Shown in pieces: positions 6,952 to 16,175 of a stretch of DNA of 40,050 nt. The stretch comes from a virus. Below the pieces are notes generated by a model. That model saw only the letters and a program-made list of their open reading frames with translations. It had not been told where the DNA came from and made no database searches. How positions within the stretch are numbered: position 1 is the first letter of the stretch; the number at the start of each line of letters is the position of its first letter. The stretch covers positions 1-40,050 of IMG/VR virus record IMGVR_UViG_3300010167_000005. The stretch is one strand, 5' to 3'. Position numbers and translations under genes: made by a program.

Positions 6952-7596
6952 ATGATCGTTTTATGGGTGAAAATGGACGAAAGATACAATAGTTTTATAT
7001 TTCTATATTTTTATATCTGTTTTGTGACACCCGCAGTTAAAGGAGCAGATCGTCCATATCGTCCGGTGAATTTAAACAAATTGTGGCGTGAGCCAAAAAG
7101 ACTGGAGTTATTAACCCACTGGGCCAGAATGGGTCACAGCATAAAGAAGATATCTGAGATGATAGGTATCGACCCTGCAACGCTTTATGCCTGGATTAAA
7201 CTTTATCCGGAAGTGAAAGAGGCGTTGGAACAAGGTTGTGAAAGTGCAGATGAAGCAGTTGAAAGCGCTTTATGGAAAAGAGCAAAGGGATACAGTTATG
7301 ACGAAGTGAGTGTGCAATATGATGCTGATGGTAAAATCATTGATAGACGGGTTGTGACAAAGGAACTGCCTCCGGAACCGTCACTGGCTAAATATTGGCA
7401 AACGGTTAGAAAGAAGGGAGATTGGAACGAACGAATTATACTCGACGCTAACGTTAACATGGACATGCAGGTTAATGAATATAGTATAATACAAACATCA
7501 TCTGAAGTATTAAAGATTTTAAAGGCGAAAGGACTGGATGTGAAAGATATTGTCGAAGTGCTTGCCGATATTGAAACAGGAACTGAATCTAACTGA
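6952..7596 (+). CDS. terS: Terminase small subunit (HTH)
   Basis: SIKKISEMIGIDPATLYAWIKLYPEVKEALEQG is an HTH typical of small terminases, and the gene lies directly upstream of terL. The first 30 or so codons look non-coding, so the start is uncertain. Confidence 0.7.
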   Translation: MIVLWVKMDERYNSFIFLYFYICFVTPAVKGADRPYRPVNLNKLWREPKRLELLTHWARMGHSIKKISEMIGIDPATLYAWIKLYPEVKEALEQGCESADEAVESALWKRAKGYSYDEVSVQYDADGKIIDRRVVTKELPPEPSLAKYWQTVRKKGDWNERIILDANVNMDMQVNEYSIIQTSSEVLKILKAKGLDVKDIVEVLADIETGTESN

Positions 7597-9109
7597 TCGT
7601 GAAACGGACGTGCTTGTCTGGGCCTTAAGGCAAGGGACGGCATTTACAACCTTCTACCGATACTTCAAGGAAACGATATTGTCAACACCAGATTGGATGG
7701 AAGCGCCTCATCATAAACAGTTATGTGACATATTACAGCAGGTTGCTGATGGCAAGATAAAAAAACTGATGGTATTCGCTCCTCCCAGGACTGGTAAGAC
7801 GATAATGGTTAGCCAGGCGTTTAGTTCCTGGTTCCTCAGTAGAAATCCTCAGAAGGAAGTGGTTATCGCATGCTACAATCAATCGTATGGAGCGCAGAAC
7901 GCCAACGGAACAAGGATGCAAATGGAACACCCGTTCCATGTCAAACTGTTCCCTGGCTTGTCTGGAGAGGAAGCGATGCGATATAGTAGGTCAGACGCAT
8001 GGGCATTCAGATGTAAAAGAGGGAAAGACCCTAATCTTCGTGGTGTTGGCATAGGAAGTGCGCTAACAGGAAGTGGAGCAAACCTTCTAATCATAGATGA
8101 TTATATCAAGGACCCGGAAGCAGCTCGTTCGGCAACGATAAGAGAAAATACATGGTTGTGGTATACTCAAGTGGCTAAGACAAGGTTGGACCCATTGGAC
8201 AATGCACAGATCATCATCGCCACGCCATGGCATCCTGACGATTTAGCGCACAGAATACTTAAACACGAGGGTGAGATAGGACAGGAGATGGAAGATGGTA
8301 GAGATGGTCAATGGTTGGTTATAAGGATTAGAGCGACAGACGAAGCAGGTCATTCGTTTTGGCCTCAACGGTTTAGCGATGATTTCTTCCAAGAAATGTT
8401 AAACGTCATGGGTCCTAACGTCTACTCCGCACTGTATCTATGCCGTCCAGTATCTGATTTAGGCAGGATATTTGACCCTGAATGGTGGAAGTATTATGAT
8501 GTTAATACACTTAAGGAAGATATTTTAACTCAATCAACTCATATTTACGCCAGTTGGGATACGGCAATGAAGGAGAAGGAACATAACGATTATACCGCCT
8601 GCTCCGTGTGGCTATCACTACCTAACGGTCATCATCTATTGGATACGTTTTATGAACGCGTACGTTTTACAGAGTTAAAGAAAGCGGTGTTGGATATGCA
8701 CAATAAATGGGGAGTTATGTACCATTTGATAGAGGATAAATCAAGCGGAACATCACTAATACAGGAGTTGCAAGATCAAACCACGCTAAACATCATACCC
8801 ATTAATCCAAAGGGACCAAAGTACGAAAGGATTAAGAACGCGTCCATTTATGTCCGTGGCGGGAATGTTTATCTTCCGGCGGAGTTCAGTCTGTACCAGG
8901 GCGGGTTGACTAAGACGCCAACGAGAAAAAGTAAGCAATTAATGGAAATGATGTCACTCTGGCCCATGGTTGACCATGACGATATGCAAGATTGTATCGC
9001 TCAATACCTTAACTATATAAATGACGGTGTTAATACAGTTAAGTATGCTGATATCGCCGATCTTATCCCTAACTTCACTGGCAATACCAACGGAACAGGG
9101 GTGTTCTGA
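7550..9109 (+). CDS. terL: Terminase large subunit
   Basis: Walker A-like FAPPRTGKT and Walker B LLIIDD. RNaseH-like nuclease motifs WDTAMKEKEHNDYTA, IEDKSSG and HDDMQD. The start is non-ATG (TTG 7550 or later). Confidence 0.9.
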   Translation: MSKCLPILKQELNLTDRETDVLVWALRQGTAFTTFYRYFKETILSTPDWMEAPHHKQLCDILQQVADGKIKKLMVFAPPRTGKTIMVSQAFSSWFLSRNPQKEVVIACYNQSYGAQNANGTRMQMEHPFHVKLFPGLSGEEAMRYSRSDAWAFRCKRGKDPNLRGVGIGSALTGSGANLLIIDDYIKDPEAARSATIRENTWLWYTQVAKTRLDPLDNAQIIIATPWHPDDLAHRILKHEGEIGQEMEDGRDGQWLVIRIRATDEAGHSFWPQRFSDDFFQEMLNVMGPNVYSALYLCRPVSDLGRIFDPEWWKYYDVNTLKEDILTQSTHIYASWDTAMKEKEHNDYTACSVWLSLPNGHHLLDTFYERVRFTELKKAVLDMHNKWGVMYHLIEDKSSGTSLIQELQDQTTLNIIPINPKGPKYERIKNASIYVRGGNVYLPAEFSLYQGGLTKTPTRKSKQLMEMMSLWPMVDHDDMQDCIAQYLNYINDGVNTVKYADIADLIPNFTGNTNGTGVF

Positions 9110-11226
9110 TGTCTGGTAAGGAAGTTGGCGAGGAGATAATCACAGAGTTATTTAACCCTCGTCCGGACATTACGATCAAGCACATTTTGGCATCACGCTC
9201 AAATTATCTGGTTGAGAGTAACTTAACTCAACTGTTATCCATAGTCTTTCCATCGGATATGACTTATGATGTGTTTAACGCTGATGGCACAAAAAATGAG
9301 GCTGCTACACAAATTTTAACCAATATGGCTAAAAAACCATCGACTAACTTATGGTACTTCATGCAACAGACATATGACGATATCTTCACGTATGGAGCGT
9401 TGGTAGCAAATAAGTTCTACCAGCAAGATGAGGGTGTGTGGGTGTTGCACTTGAGGCGATTACCGCCTGAAACATTCAGCGAAACGCCGAGTGAGGTTAA
9501 AGGTACATCGTCCATCTTTATGCCCGGACTTATCTCAACATCGAAAGGTATACGTGCTTTCCAAACTTCGACCGATGATACCGGCAATACTCACACGGTT
9601 GAAATCCCAGAAGACAGTTTGCTAATCTTCACAGACCCCAGATATGCAAGTAAGGTAGGGGGCGAGAGTAAACTCAAGTCCATCGTTCCCTTGTTACAAA
9701 ACCTAAACGACGGGTACGTTATGTTTAAACGTGCATCGAGGCGTGCTGGAGACCCGAAGGTTATGGTCAAACGCCCGGCGGATGTGGCTAAAAAGTTAAC
9801 ACCTGAGGAAAGGAACGATCTTAAAAAGTTCTTATCTGACCAAACTGAGAACGGTGCAGTACTGTTACCCGATGGAATGGACGCTCAAGGGGTTCCTATA
9901 AACGCTAACAATATGTGCGAACGGTACTTGACTGTATGTATCCAGCAGATAAAGGACTTCTTTAACCCTACGAGTTGGTTATCAAGTACAGGTACGGCGT
10001 TATCGGAAAGTGGTAAAGCACGGTTGGAGTTAATAAAATTAGCCGTAGCAGGACAGCAGTCTATGGTGGAAGACCATATCGAAGGTGTGTTGAATGAGTG
10101 GCTGGAGATAAATGGTTGGACTGGCTGTACCGTGACAATAACGATCAATAACGCTAACGTGTCAAATGAAGCAGCGCAGGCAAAAATCGTAGAAACGTTG
10201 AGGAAGGAGAAGTTATGTTTTATCAACGAAGGGAGACAGATAATGGGCTTGCCTGCACTTGATGAAGAACAACTTAAGTTATTAGAAGAGGAATATGGCT
10301 CATCAAACGACACATTAGCATCACTACTCACATTCGGCCCTGAAGGGAGACGGCTTCATTCCAACCATGCTGGCATTTCCTCCTTCGTTAATGTAGGCGA
10401 GGAGCACGAACCTAACAGAGCCGAAGCCATTCTTACTAAAGAGTTGGTCAACGTCGGTCAGGAAGTGACAGATAGTATAGTGTCAACGCTAACGGACACG
10501 GGTGTTGACAGGCAGCGGATAGATACAAGTATCGGCATGATGGAGAGAAGGACGGTTGTTAGTCTATCTCAAAATGCTGGCAGGCAATATGCCATCGGAA
10601 GTACTGAAGCGTATACTCGCATGCAAATGGTTCCTGATGGGTTATCTATCATGCAGAGAACGCAGGCATTTACGGAAGATTACGTCAATTTAGCGATAAA
10701 AGAGGGCGTGACGATCATCGACGGCGAGAAGAATAATTGGATATCTCGCTTCCAGGAAGAGCAAAGGGTAGATATATACGATATCATAACGAAAGGGATG
10801 GAAGAAGGCAAGTACCCTGGAGTAAAAGAAGGTGTTAGAGGCGGGTATGCGCAAAACACGATAGGTTACGATCTGCAAGAGTACTTTAATGATAGAAGGT
10901 CACACACCACAACCGTAGCAAGGACGGAGAGTGGTAGAATAATGAATATGGGACACCTTGAGACGTATGCTGAGATGGGTGTTACCCGTGTCCGCGTGCT
11001 CGATGGTGACGGAGCAAACTCGTGCGACGTGTGCAACATGATAAACGGTCAGGAATGGCCGGTAGATTATGCTATGGACCATACCCTTGAGCATCCTAAT
11101 TGCGTTAGGGATTTTATACCGATAAAGCCGAGAGGCGGGTATGCTGTTAACAATATCCCAGTTAAATTATTTAAGGAGAGACAGTTATTACTTAAAATGC
11201 CGTATCAATTTGTGGTGGGAAGATGA
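9109..11226 (+). CDS. Portal protein fused to a Mu F / SPP1 gp7-like head-morphogenesis domain (705 aa)
   Basis: Positioned directly after terL. The C-terminal RTESGRIMNMGH...CDVCNMINGQEW...EHPNCVRDF matches the Phage_Mu_F signature. Confidence 0.8.
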   Translation: MSGKEVGEEIITELFNPRPDITIKHILASRSNYLVESNLTQLLSIVFPSDMTYDVFNADGTKNEAATQILTNMAKKPSTNLWYFMQQTYDDIFTYGALVANKFYQQDEGVWVLHLRRLPPETFSETPSEVKGTSSIFMPGLISTSKGIRAFQTSTDDTGNTHTVEIPEDSLLIFTDPRYASKVGGESKLKSIVPLLQNLNDGYVMFKRASRRAGDPKVMVKRPADVAKKLTPEERNDLKKFLSDQTENGAVLLPDGMDAQGVPINANNMCERYLTVCIQQIKDFFNPTSWLSSTGTALSESGKARLELIKLAVAGQQSMVEDHIEGVLNEWLEINGWTGCTVTITINNANVSNEAAQAKIVETLRKEKLCFINEGRQIMGLPALDEEQLKLLEEEYGSSNDTLASLLTFGPEGRRLHSNHAGISSFVNVGEEHEPNRAEAILTKELVNVGQEVTDSIVSTLTDTGVDRQRIDTSIGMMERRTVVSLSQNAGRQYAIGSTEAYTRMQMVPDGLSIMQRTQAFTEDYVNLAIKEGVTIIDGEKNNWISRFQEEQRVDIYDIITKGMEEGKYPGVKEGVRGGYAQNTIGYDLQEYFNDRRSHTTTVARTESGRIMNMGHLETYAEMGVTRVRVLDGDGANSCDVCNMINGQEWPVDYAMDHTLEHPNCVRDFIPIKPRGGYAVNNIPVKLFKERQLLLKMPYQFVVGR

Positions 11227-12236
11227 CAGAGAAAAAAGCAAAGACGTTTATCAATCTGATATCGGATGAGAAGGTTACATCTCACGACGCTGTCTTACAT
11301 CGCTTAAACACGCAATATCGATATGGCGATATGTATCTCATGATGAATTCTGATGCTTTTGAAAAGAGTATCGGCGAGTGGCTTAACGCTAAGTTAATAT
11401 TCGGGATAGGACACCCGGATATGGACACGGCCTATTTTGCTCCAGGGCTTGCCGCAGCCGTGGACGGGAGTGTTGAGGTAGGTAAGATCACTAACGCATG
11501 GATTAACCCTGCTGATAACAAACTCATGGCAAACTTCGAGTTTAGCGGCGATTACACTGCAGAGATTGAAAATCTCATCAAGGAAGGCAAACTCTCCTTG
11601 TCTTCCGGCTTCCACTCCATAGATAGTATCGACGAAGAAACAGGCATGGTACGATTTGAAGAGGTCGTACCCAATCACGTATTACTCTTCGTTGAGAATG
11701 AATGGAACAGACCACGCGACCCAGCGAGTGGTATTGTTAATATCCTGGGAGGTACGAATATGGCGACATTGGAAGAAATGGCTAAAACAAATGCCGAATC
11801 CAAAGTCAAGATCGACGAAATGACTGCCAAAGTCAGTACATTGGAAGCGGAAAAGGCAAAGATCAATTCTGAGCTCACCGCAAAGACGAATGACCTTGCG
11901 GCAGCCGAAGAGAAGATCAGGTCTTTGGAAGCGGATAACGAAAAGTTCAAGACCGATGCGCTGGAGATAGAGTGGAACGGGATAGTATCTACTCTGCCTG
12001 CGGCGATAGCGAAGGACGCAACAAAACTGGAAGAGGCTAAAAAGGAATTTATGGCTGACCCGCTTGCGTTCTACAGAAAACAGGCTGTGGCGGCAAAGAC
12101 GTCACTCCAGGAGATGGCTGCAAAGACCTCGAAAGCAGGTTCGACAGACAACTCCGCCGGAACAGAAGAAGGGACAGTATCGTATAAGGGTAAAACTTAT
12201 ACTGAAAGTGAGTTCCTCAAGATCATAGGTGGTTAA
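11223..12236 (+). CDS. Prohead protease (HK97/S78-like) with C-terminal coiled-coil scaffold region
   Basis: GIGHPD ... LSLSSGFHS ... VPNHVLLFVEN follows the HK97 protease pattern. This is followed by Ala/Glu/Lys-rich coiled coil (TLEAEKAKINSEL...). Confidence 0.6.
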   Translation: MTEKKAKTFINLISDEKVTSHDAVLHRLNTQYRYGDMYLMMNSDAFEKSIGEWLNAKLIFGIGHPDMDTAYFAPGLAAAVDGSVEVGKITNAWINPADNKLMANFEFSGDYTAEIENLIKEGKLSLSSGFHSIDSIDEETGMVRFEEVVPNHVLLFVENEWNRPRDPASGIVNILGGTNMATLEEMAKTNAESKVKIDEMTAKVSTLEAEKAKINSELTAKTNDLAAAEEKIRSLEADNEKFKTDALEIEWNGIVSTLPAAIAKDATKLEEAKKEFMADPLAFYRKQAVAAKTSLQEMAAKTSKAGSTDNSAGTEEGTVSYKGKTYTESEFLKIIGG

Positions 12237-12237
12237 A

Positions 12238-12627
12238 ATGACACTCGATAGAACAGGTGTGCCGGGAGAGGTGAAGTTTGACGGGTTGTATTACGCGTTG
12301 AAGTTTCCCTTAATGGCAAACATCACAGCAGGGCAGGTATGCATCGTTGCCGATACGGGAGGGTTGATGGTGGCTTCGGCGGCGTCGACAGGTAAACCGG
12401 TAGTTCCGCTACAGCACGGTGCATCAGGCGAGGAAGTAACAGGGATGTTGGAAGGCGTTGTCCTGCTCAAGTCCACGGCAGTTGCAAAGAAAGGAACGAA
12501 GTGCATATTCGGTGCGGCTGGTGCAGTATCTCCGAAAGCAGGTACGCCTACATTCGATCAGTTTGTTGGATACTACGCTGAGGACTGTACTGATATCACA
12601 ATACCTGTAGCAGTGAGGGTGGTCTGA
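12238..12627 (+). CDS. DUF2190-like small head protein (decoration/cement candidate)
   Basis: Gly/Ala-rich 129-aa ORF between the scaffold and major capsid genes. The ATG at 12238 follows AGGTGG. Confidence 0.5.
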   Translation: MTLDRTGVPGEVKFDGLYYALKFPLMANITAGQVCIVADTGGLMVASAASTGKPVVPLQHGASGEEVTGMLEGVVLLKSTAVAKKGTKCIFGAAGAVSPKAGTPTFDQFVGYYAEDCTDITIPVAVRVV

Positions 12628-13502
12628 TGACTCAGCCAGGTCAGGGTGGCGCAGGTGCCACGCAGGTAATCAGCCTTCCGCCGTTCACAAGAGCGCAGAT
12701 GTTGCAGATAAGGGCAGATATGTACGAAGCGATGGCGTTGAACACGTCGTTCGATGTCATATCTGACAAGAACAATATCAATTTCGAGTGGCCTACTCTC
12801 AGCGAGGGTGCGGTTCACACCGACGTTGGCGAGTTTGAAACTGTAAACATCGAGAACGCAAAGTTTGGCTTGCAGTCCTTCAAGATCAAGAAGGACGTCG
12901 GTCATGTGATGGTATCAGACGAGGCAGCGATGATGGGTGCTACAGCATCTCAGAACATCATGGAAAGGCAAAGGGCACAGTTGGGTCCGGCGTTTGCAAA
13001 GGGTGTTGAAAAGAAGATGCTCACGGCGATCAAAAAGATACCTCAACTGTACACCGCGACCGTCAATTGGGCAGTGAGTGCAAACAACCCTCTGCTTGAC
13101 CTCGGAGCGGCATCGCTGATGCTTGAGACAGGCAACACAGATTCAATGAATCTTATCATGAACCCGCTCGACGCAATGAAGTTGATGTCGAACGAGTTCA
13201 TACTCAAGTATGTTGCGAGCGAGATGTTCTCTACGAGAAGGGACAAGTTGGCAGAGTTCAACCTGATAAAGGACAAAAACAACCTCATACCGTCCGGTAA
13301 AGCATATCTTACTTCCACAAAAGGAGTAGGGTATTGGGTCGACGGCAGAGAGTTCCAGGAGCCGTATCGAGACATCCAGAAGGGCGGCGATGGACATAAG
13401 GTGACGTACTTCAACGGTGTATCGGGTCCGTTAGAGCTCGTCGGCAAAGGCGCCACGGCGAAGAACGCTGGTGTTGTTGAGATAACCCTTGTTACAACCT
13501 GA
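12627..13502 (+). CDS. Major capsid protein
   Basis: A 291-aa ORF in the canonical position after the protease/scaffold. Its start is coupled to the upstream stop (TGATG). Confidence 0.75.
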   Translation: MTQPGQGGAGATQVISLPPFTRAQMLQIRADMYEAMALNTSFDVISDKNNINFEWPTLSEGAVHTDVGEFETVNIENAKFGLQSFKIKKDVGHVMVSDEAAMMGATASQNIMERQRAQLGPAFAKGVEKKMLTAIKKIPQLYTATVNWAVSANNPLLDLGAASLMLETGNTDSMNLIMNPLDAMKLMSNEFILKYVASEMFSTRRDKLAEFNLIKDKNNLIPSGKAYLTSTKGVGYWVDGREFQEPYRDIQKGGDGHKVTYFNGVSGPLELVGKGATAKNAGVVEITLVTT

Positions 13503-13511
13503 GGGTAAATC

Positions 13512-13910
13512 ATGGCCGAACTGAACGCGTCGCTATTCGCATCCTTCACAGGGATAGAAGTAAACGACCGTTCCTCAAACTCTTTCACAATTTCTATTTT
13601 CAAATCATTATTTGCCGTAGCGGAAGGCATGCTCAATAAGATGCTATCAGGCACGGCTATTACAGAAGATCTTCACAATTACGCATTAGCGCTGATGATA
13701 GCGCACTTATGGACGATACGAACAACGGATAATACACTTAAGTCCGAGAGTATTGGTACGTATTCCTATTCACGAGATACCGATAAATCAACAAAATACA
13801 TGGCTCAGTTAGAGGAAATGATAGCATCGCTCGGTGCAAGTGATTCTGTGATGTTTGTATCAGTTGAGGACACGAAAGAAGGAGATGTTGACGGATTGTT
13901 AAGGGTGTGA
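13512..13910 (+). CDS. Head-tail connector (gp6-like) protein
   Basis: Size and position immediately after the capsid gene. Confidence 0.55.
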   Translation: MAELNASLFASFTGIEVNDRSSNSFTISIFKSLFAVAEGMLNKMLSGTAITEDLHNYALALMIAHLWTIRTTDNTLKSESIGTYSYSRDTDKSTKYMAQLEEMIASLGASDSVMFVSVEDTKEGDVDGLLRV

Positions 13911-13914
13911 TTTT

Positions 13915-14217
13915 ATGATTTCACACTTTTTAAATCAGAATTGTGTCATCTACAACCGCATAGGGTTTGACGAAGAAGGACGGTCAACCTATGGCGAGGG
14001 ACATTGTGTCGATTGTCGAATAGAGTCTTCGAAGCTCAACGTAACCTCAAGTGATGGCAACGACACAGCGTCCGGTATTCGTATGTATATATCTGCTGAT
14101 ATAAAAATCGGTCCGGACGATAAGATTAAGATCAAAGACCGTACACTCCACGTTAACACTGTTATAGAACAGGTCGATGGGCAGGGAAGGATAACGTACA
14201 AAGAGGTGCACATATGA
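13915..14217 (+). CDS. Head closure / head-tail adaptor protein
   Basis: A 100-aa ORF in the conserved connector gene order. Confidence 0.5.
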   Translation: MISHFLNQNCVIYNRIGFDEEGRSTYGEGHCVDCRIESSKLNVTSSDGNDTASGIRMYISADIKIGPDDKIKIKDRTLHVNTVIEQVDGQGRITYKEVHI

Positions 14218-14552
14218 AGGTCAACATCGAGATAAAAGGGATGGACGATCTATTATCTGCACTTGACGAAAAGAAGGCTATAACAGGTCAAGTTTTCAAT
14301 ATCGTGTCTGATGAGTTGATAGATGCAGTTTTAGTCAAAGGCGGAGTTGACGCACCTGTTAGGACAGGATATTTACGCCGGTCACGGTACGTTTACCCAC
14401 ACATAACAGCCAATAGTTTTACTGTTGAAGCAGGGTTTAGAGCAAGTTATGCTGAAATAGTTGATAGGAGACACGGCACAAAAGCAGGGTTCTTTACCGG
14501 CAACGTGGTCGAGGCGATACATAACATTAAACGGAGAGTTAAGGCGTTATGA
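14214..14552 (+). CDS. HK97 gp10-like tail-completion/neck protein
   Basis: APVRTGYLRRS matches the vPv.TG.Lr.S signature of the HK97 gp10 family. Confidence 0.6.
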   Translation: MKVNIEIKGMDDLLSALDEKKAITGQVFNIVSDELIDAVLVKGGVDAPVRTGYLRRSRYVYPHITANSFTVEAGFRASYAEIVDRRHGTKAGFFTGNVVEAIHNIKRRVKAL

Positions 14553-14935
14553 TAATGGAAAAATCATCTCCGGCAATGTTTGTTCAATCACTGATAAGCA
14601 AGGCAGGCATCACGTCAACGATAGGACAAACGCCGATAGAGAACGATGTTTTTGCCATAATAGATACACCATCGCCAATAGCATCAAACGTCGGTAACGC
14701 AAAATATTTCTCAGTCAAGATCAAAACGGATAAATACCAAGCAGGGTATAAAATGATGAAGGAATTGGAAGAGATGTTATTTCCCGTCCGCAATATAGAA
14801 TCAGTAGACGCCGGAACCTTTGCATCATTTTCAGCAATTCAAGAGCCACGTATCGGAGGGTACGAGGAAGGGGATAAAGGTAAGTATGTAATTATATACC
14901 AGGATTACATTACTTATAACACGAAACCGAGGTAA
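14549..14935 (+). CDS. Tail terminator / tail completion protein
   Basis: Position immediately upstream of the tail tube gene. Size is 128 aa. Confidence 0.5.
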   Translation: MIMEKSSPAMFVQSLISKAGITSTIGQTPIENDVFAIIDTPSPIASNVGNAKYFSVKIKTDKYQAGYKMMKELEEMLFPVRNIESVDAGTFASFSAIQEPRIGGYEEGDKGKYVIIYQDYITYNTKPR

Positions 14936-14940
14936 GAAAT

Positions 14941-15369
14941 ATGGCAGATAGTCTATCGTCGCAAGGAATGCAAATAACGATCAATACGATCGAAATAGAC
15001 GGAGTAACAACCGTTACGCCGCCGGGGATAAGCAAGGATGAGAATGATGTCACTGTCCACAGTTCGAAAGGTTACAAGGAAGTAGCCGAGGGACTTGCAG
15101 ACAGTGGAACAATAACGTTAAACGGCAACGTTTGGCCCGATGATGCAGGACAGATTGAGTTGAGGAGATGTTCCAAACCCAATACAGGGTTGCATAACTT
15201 CGTTATCCAAACTCCTAACTTACCCGGAATAGTTCGCTTAAGTTGGGCGTTCCGCGGGTTTGTGAAAGAATACACAAACGAAGGTGGCGAAGTGGGTGGG
15301 ATTGTTAAGTTTAGCGCAACAATCCGCATATCTGGCGAAGTGACCGAAACAGTAATACCGCCGGTGTGA
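14941..15369 (+). CDS. Major tail (tube) protein
   Basis: A 142-aa ORF resembling TP901-1-type major tail proteins. It lies upstream of the chaperone pair and tape measure. GAGGT Shine-Dalgarno site. Confidence 0.7.
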   Translation: MADSLSSQGMQITINTIEIDGVTTVTPPGISKDENDVTVHSSKGYKEVAEGLADSGTITLNGNVWPDDAGQIELRRCSKPNTGLHNFVIQTPNLPGIVRLSWAFRGFVKEYTNEGGEVGGIVKFSATIRISGEVTETVIPPV

Positions 15370-15372
15370 TAG

Positions 15373-15834
15373 ATGACCGCCATTAACGGGTTTGAATATC
15401 CGCAGGTAGACGGGTACACGATACGCATAAGCATGAAACTGTCTGATGAGCTCAAACGAAAGTTTCCAGCAAGGACGGTCATGGCTATGGTTCCTCCTAA
15501 AGACGTAATAGACAAAAACGTCGAGATAATAGAGTGGAACAAAGAAAACCCGGACGATATGAAAAAGTTAATCGTTGCCGATTCAACGTTGCAGGAAGTT
15601 CAGATGCCTGCAGGGGCTATTAACTTCGATGTTGCGTCTGAATGCTGTCTGGCGTATGCGATGATTGTCAACTCGTCGATTGAAGTTAAGGCAAACACGA
15701 TGCCAACAATTCAACCCGATGTAATGATGGAACTCATGGACGCAGAAGACCATCCCGCTCTCGCTGAAAAAGTGGCGATGATGTTAGGGATCACAAAAGG
15801 CAAAAAAGTTGATGAGACCGACGAAAAAAACTGA
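15373..15834 (+). CDS. Tail assembly chaperone (G-like)
   Basis: Position between the tube and tape measure genes. Ends just after an A7 slippery run. Confidence 0.7.
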   Translation: MTAINGFEYPQVDGYTIRISMKLSDELKRKFPARTVMAMVPPKDVIDKNVEIIEWNKENPDDMKKLIVADSTLQEVQMPAGAINFDVASECCLAYAMIVNSSIEVKANTMPTIQPDVMMELMDAEDHPALAEKVAMMLGITKGKKVDETDEKN

Positions 15835-16175
15835 CACCGCTCACAGACACTGAATTGTGGGCCTATTGTCGAGTAACGCTGGGAATGACGCAGGAGGAAT
15901 ACGATAATTCGACGATGCAGGAGATAGACGCGTTAATCGTGCGAAGATATAACAATGATGTTGAGGACGTGAAACGTCAGGACATATTTACCGCTGCGAT
16001 TAACGCGACGCTAATTAACTGTCATCGTGGAAAAGATACGCCGTTGGTAGAGGTGAAAAACATGCTACTTTATCCTAAACTACATGATATTAACAATGTT
16101 AAAGGGATATCCATAAAAGATGTGGCACAGTTATCGGCGGCGTTGACAGCAGTATCGAGGCGAGTGAATGACTGA
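15373..16175 (+). CDS. Tail assembly chaperone frameshift fusion (GT-like; join at 15831)
   Basis: ORF 15855-16175 has no ATG start (the track uses TTG). It lies in the -1 frame relative to 15373-15834. This is the conserved G/GT arrangement upstream of tape measure genes. Confidence 0.65.
15825..15831 (+). promoter_or_regulatory. -1 programmed ribosomal frameshift slippery heptamer A_AAA_AAC
   Basis: In zero frame the sequence reads gaa aaa aac tga. The -1 frame is open from 15822 through the downstream ORF that ends at 16175. Confidence 0.7.
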
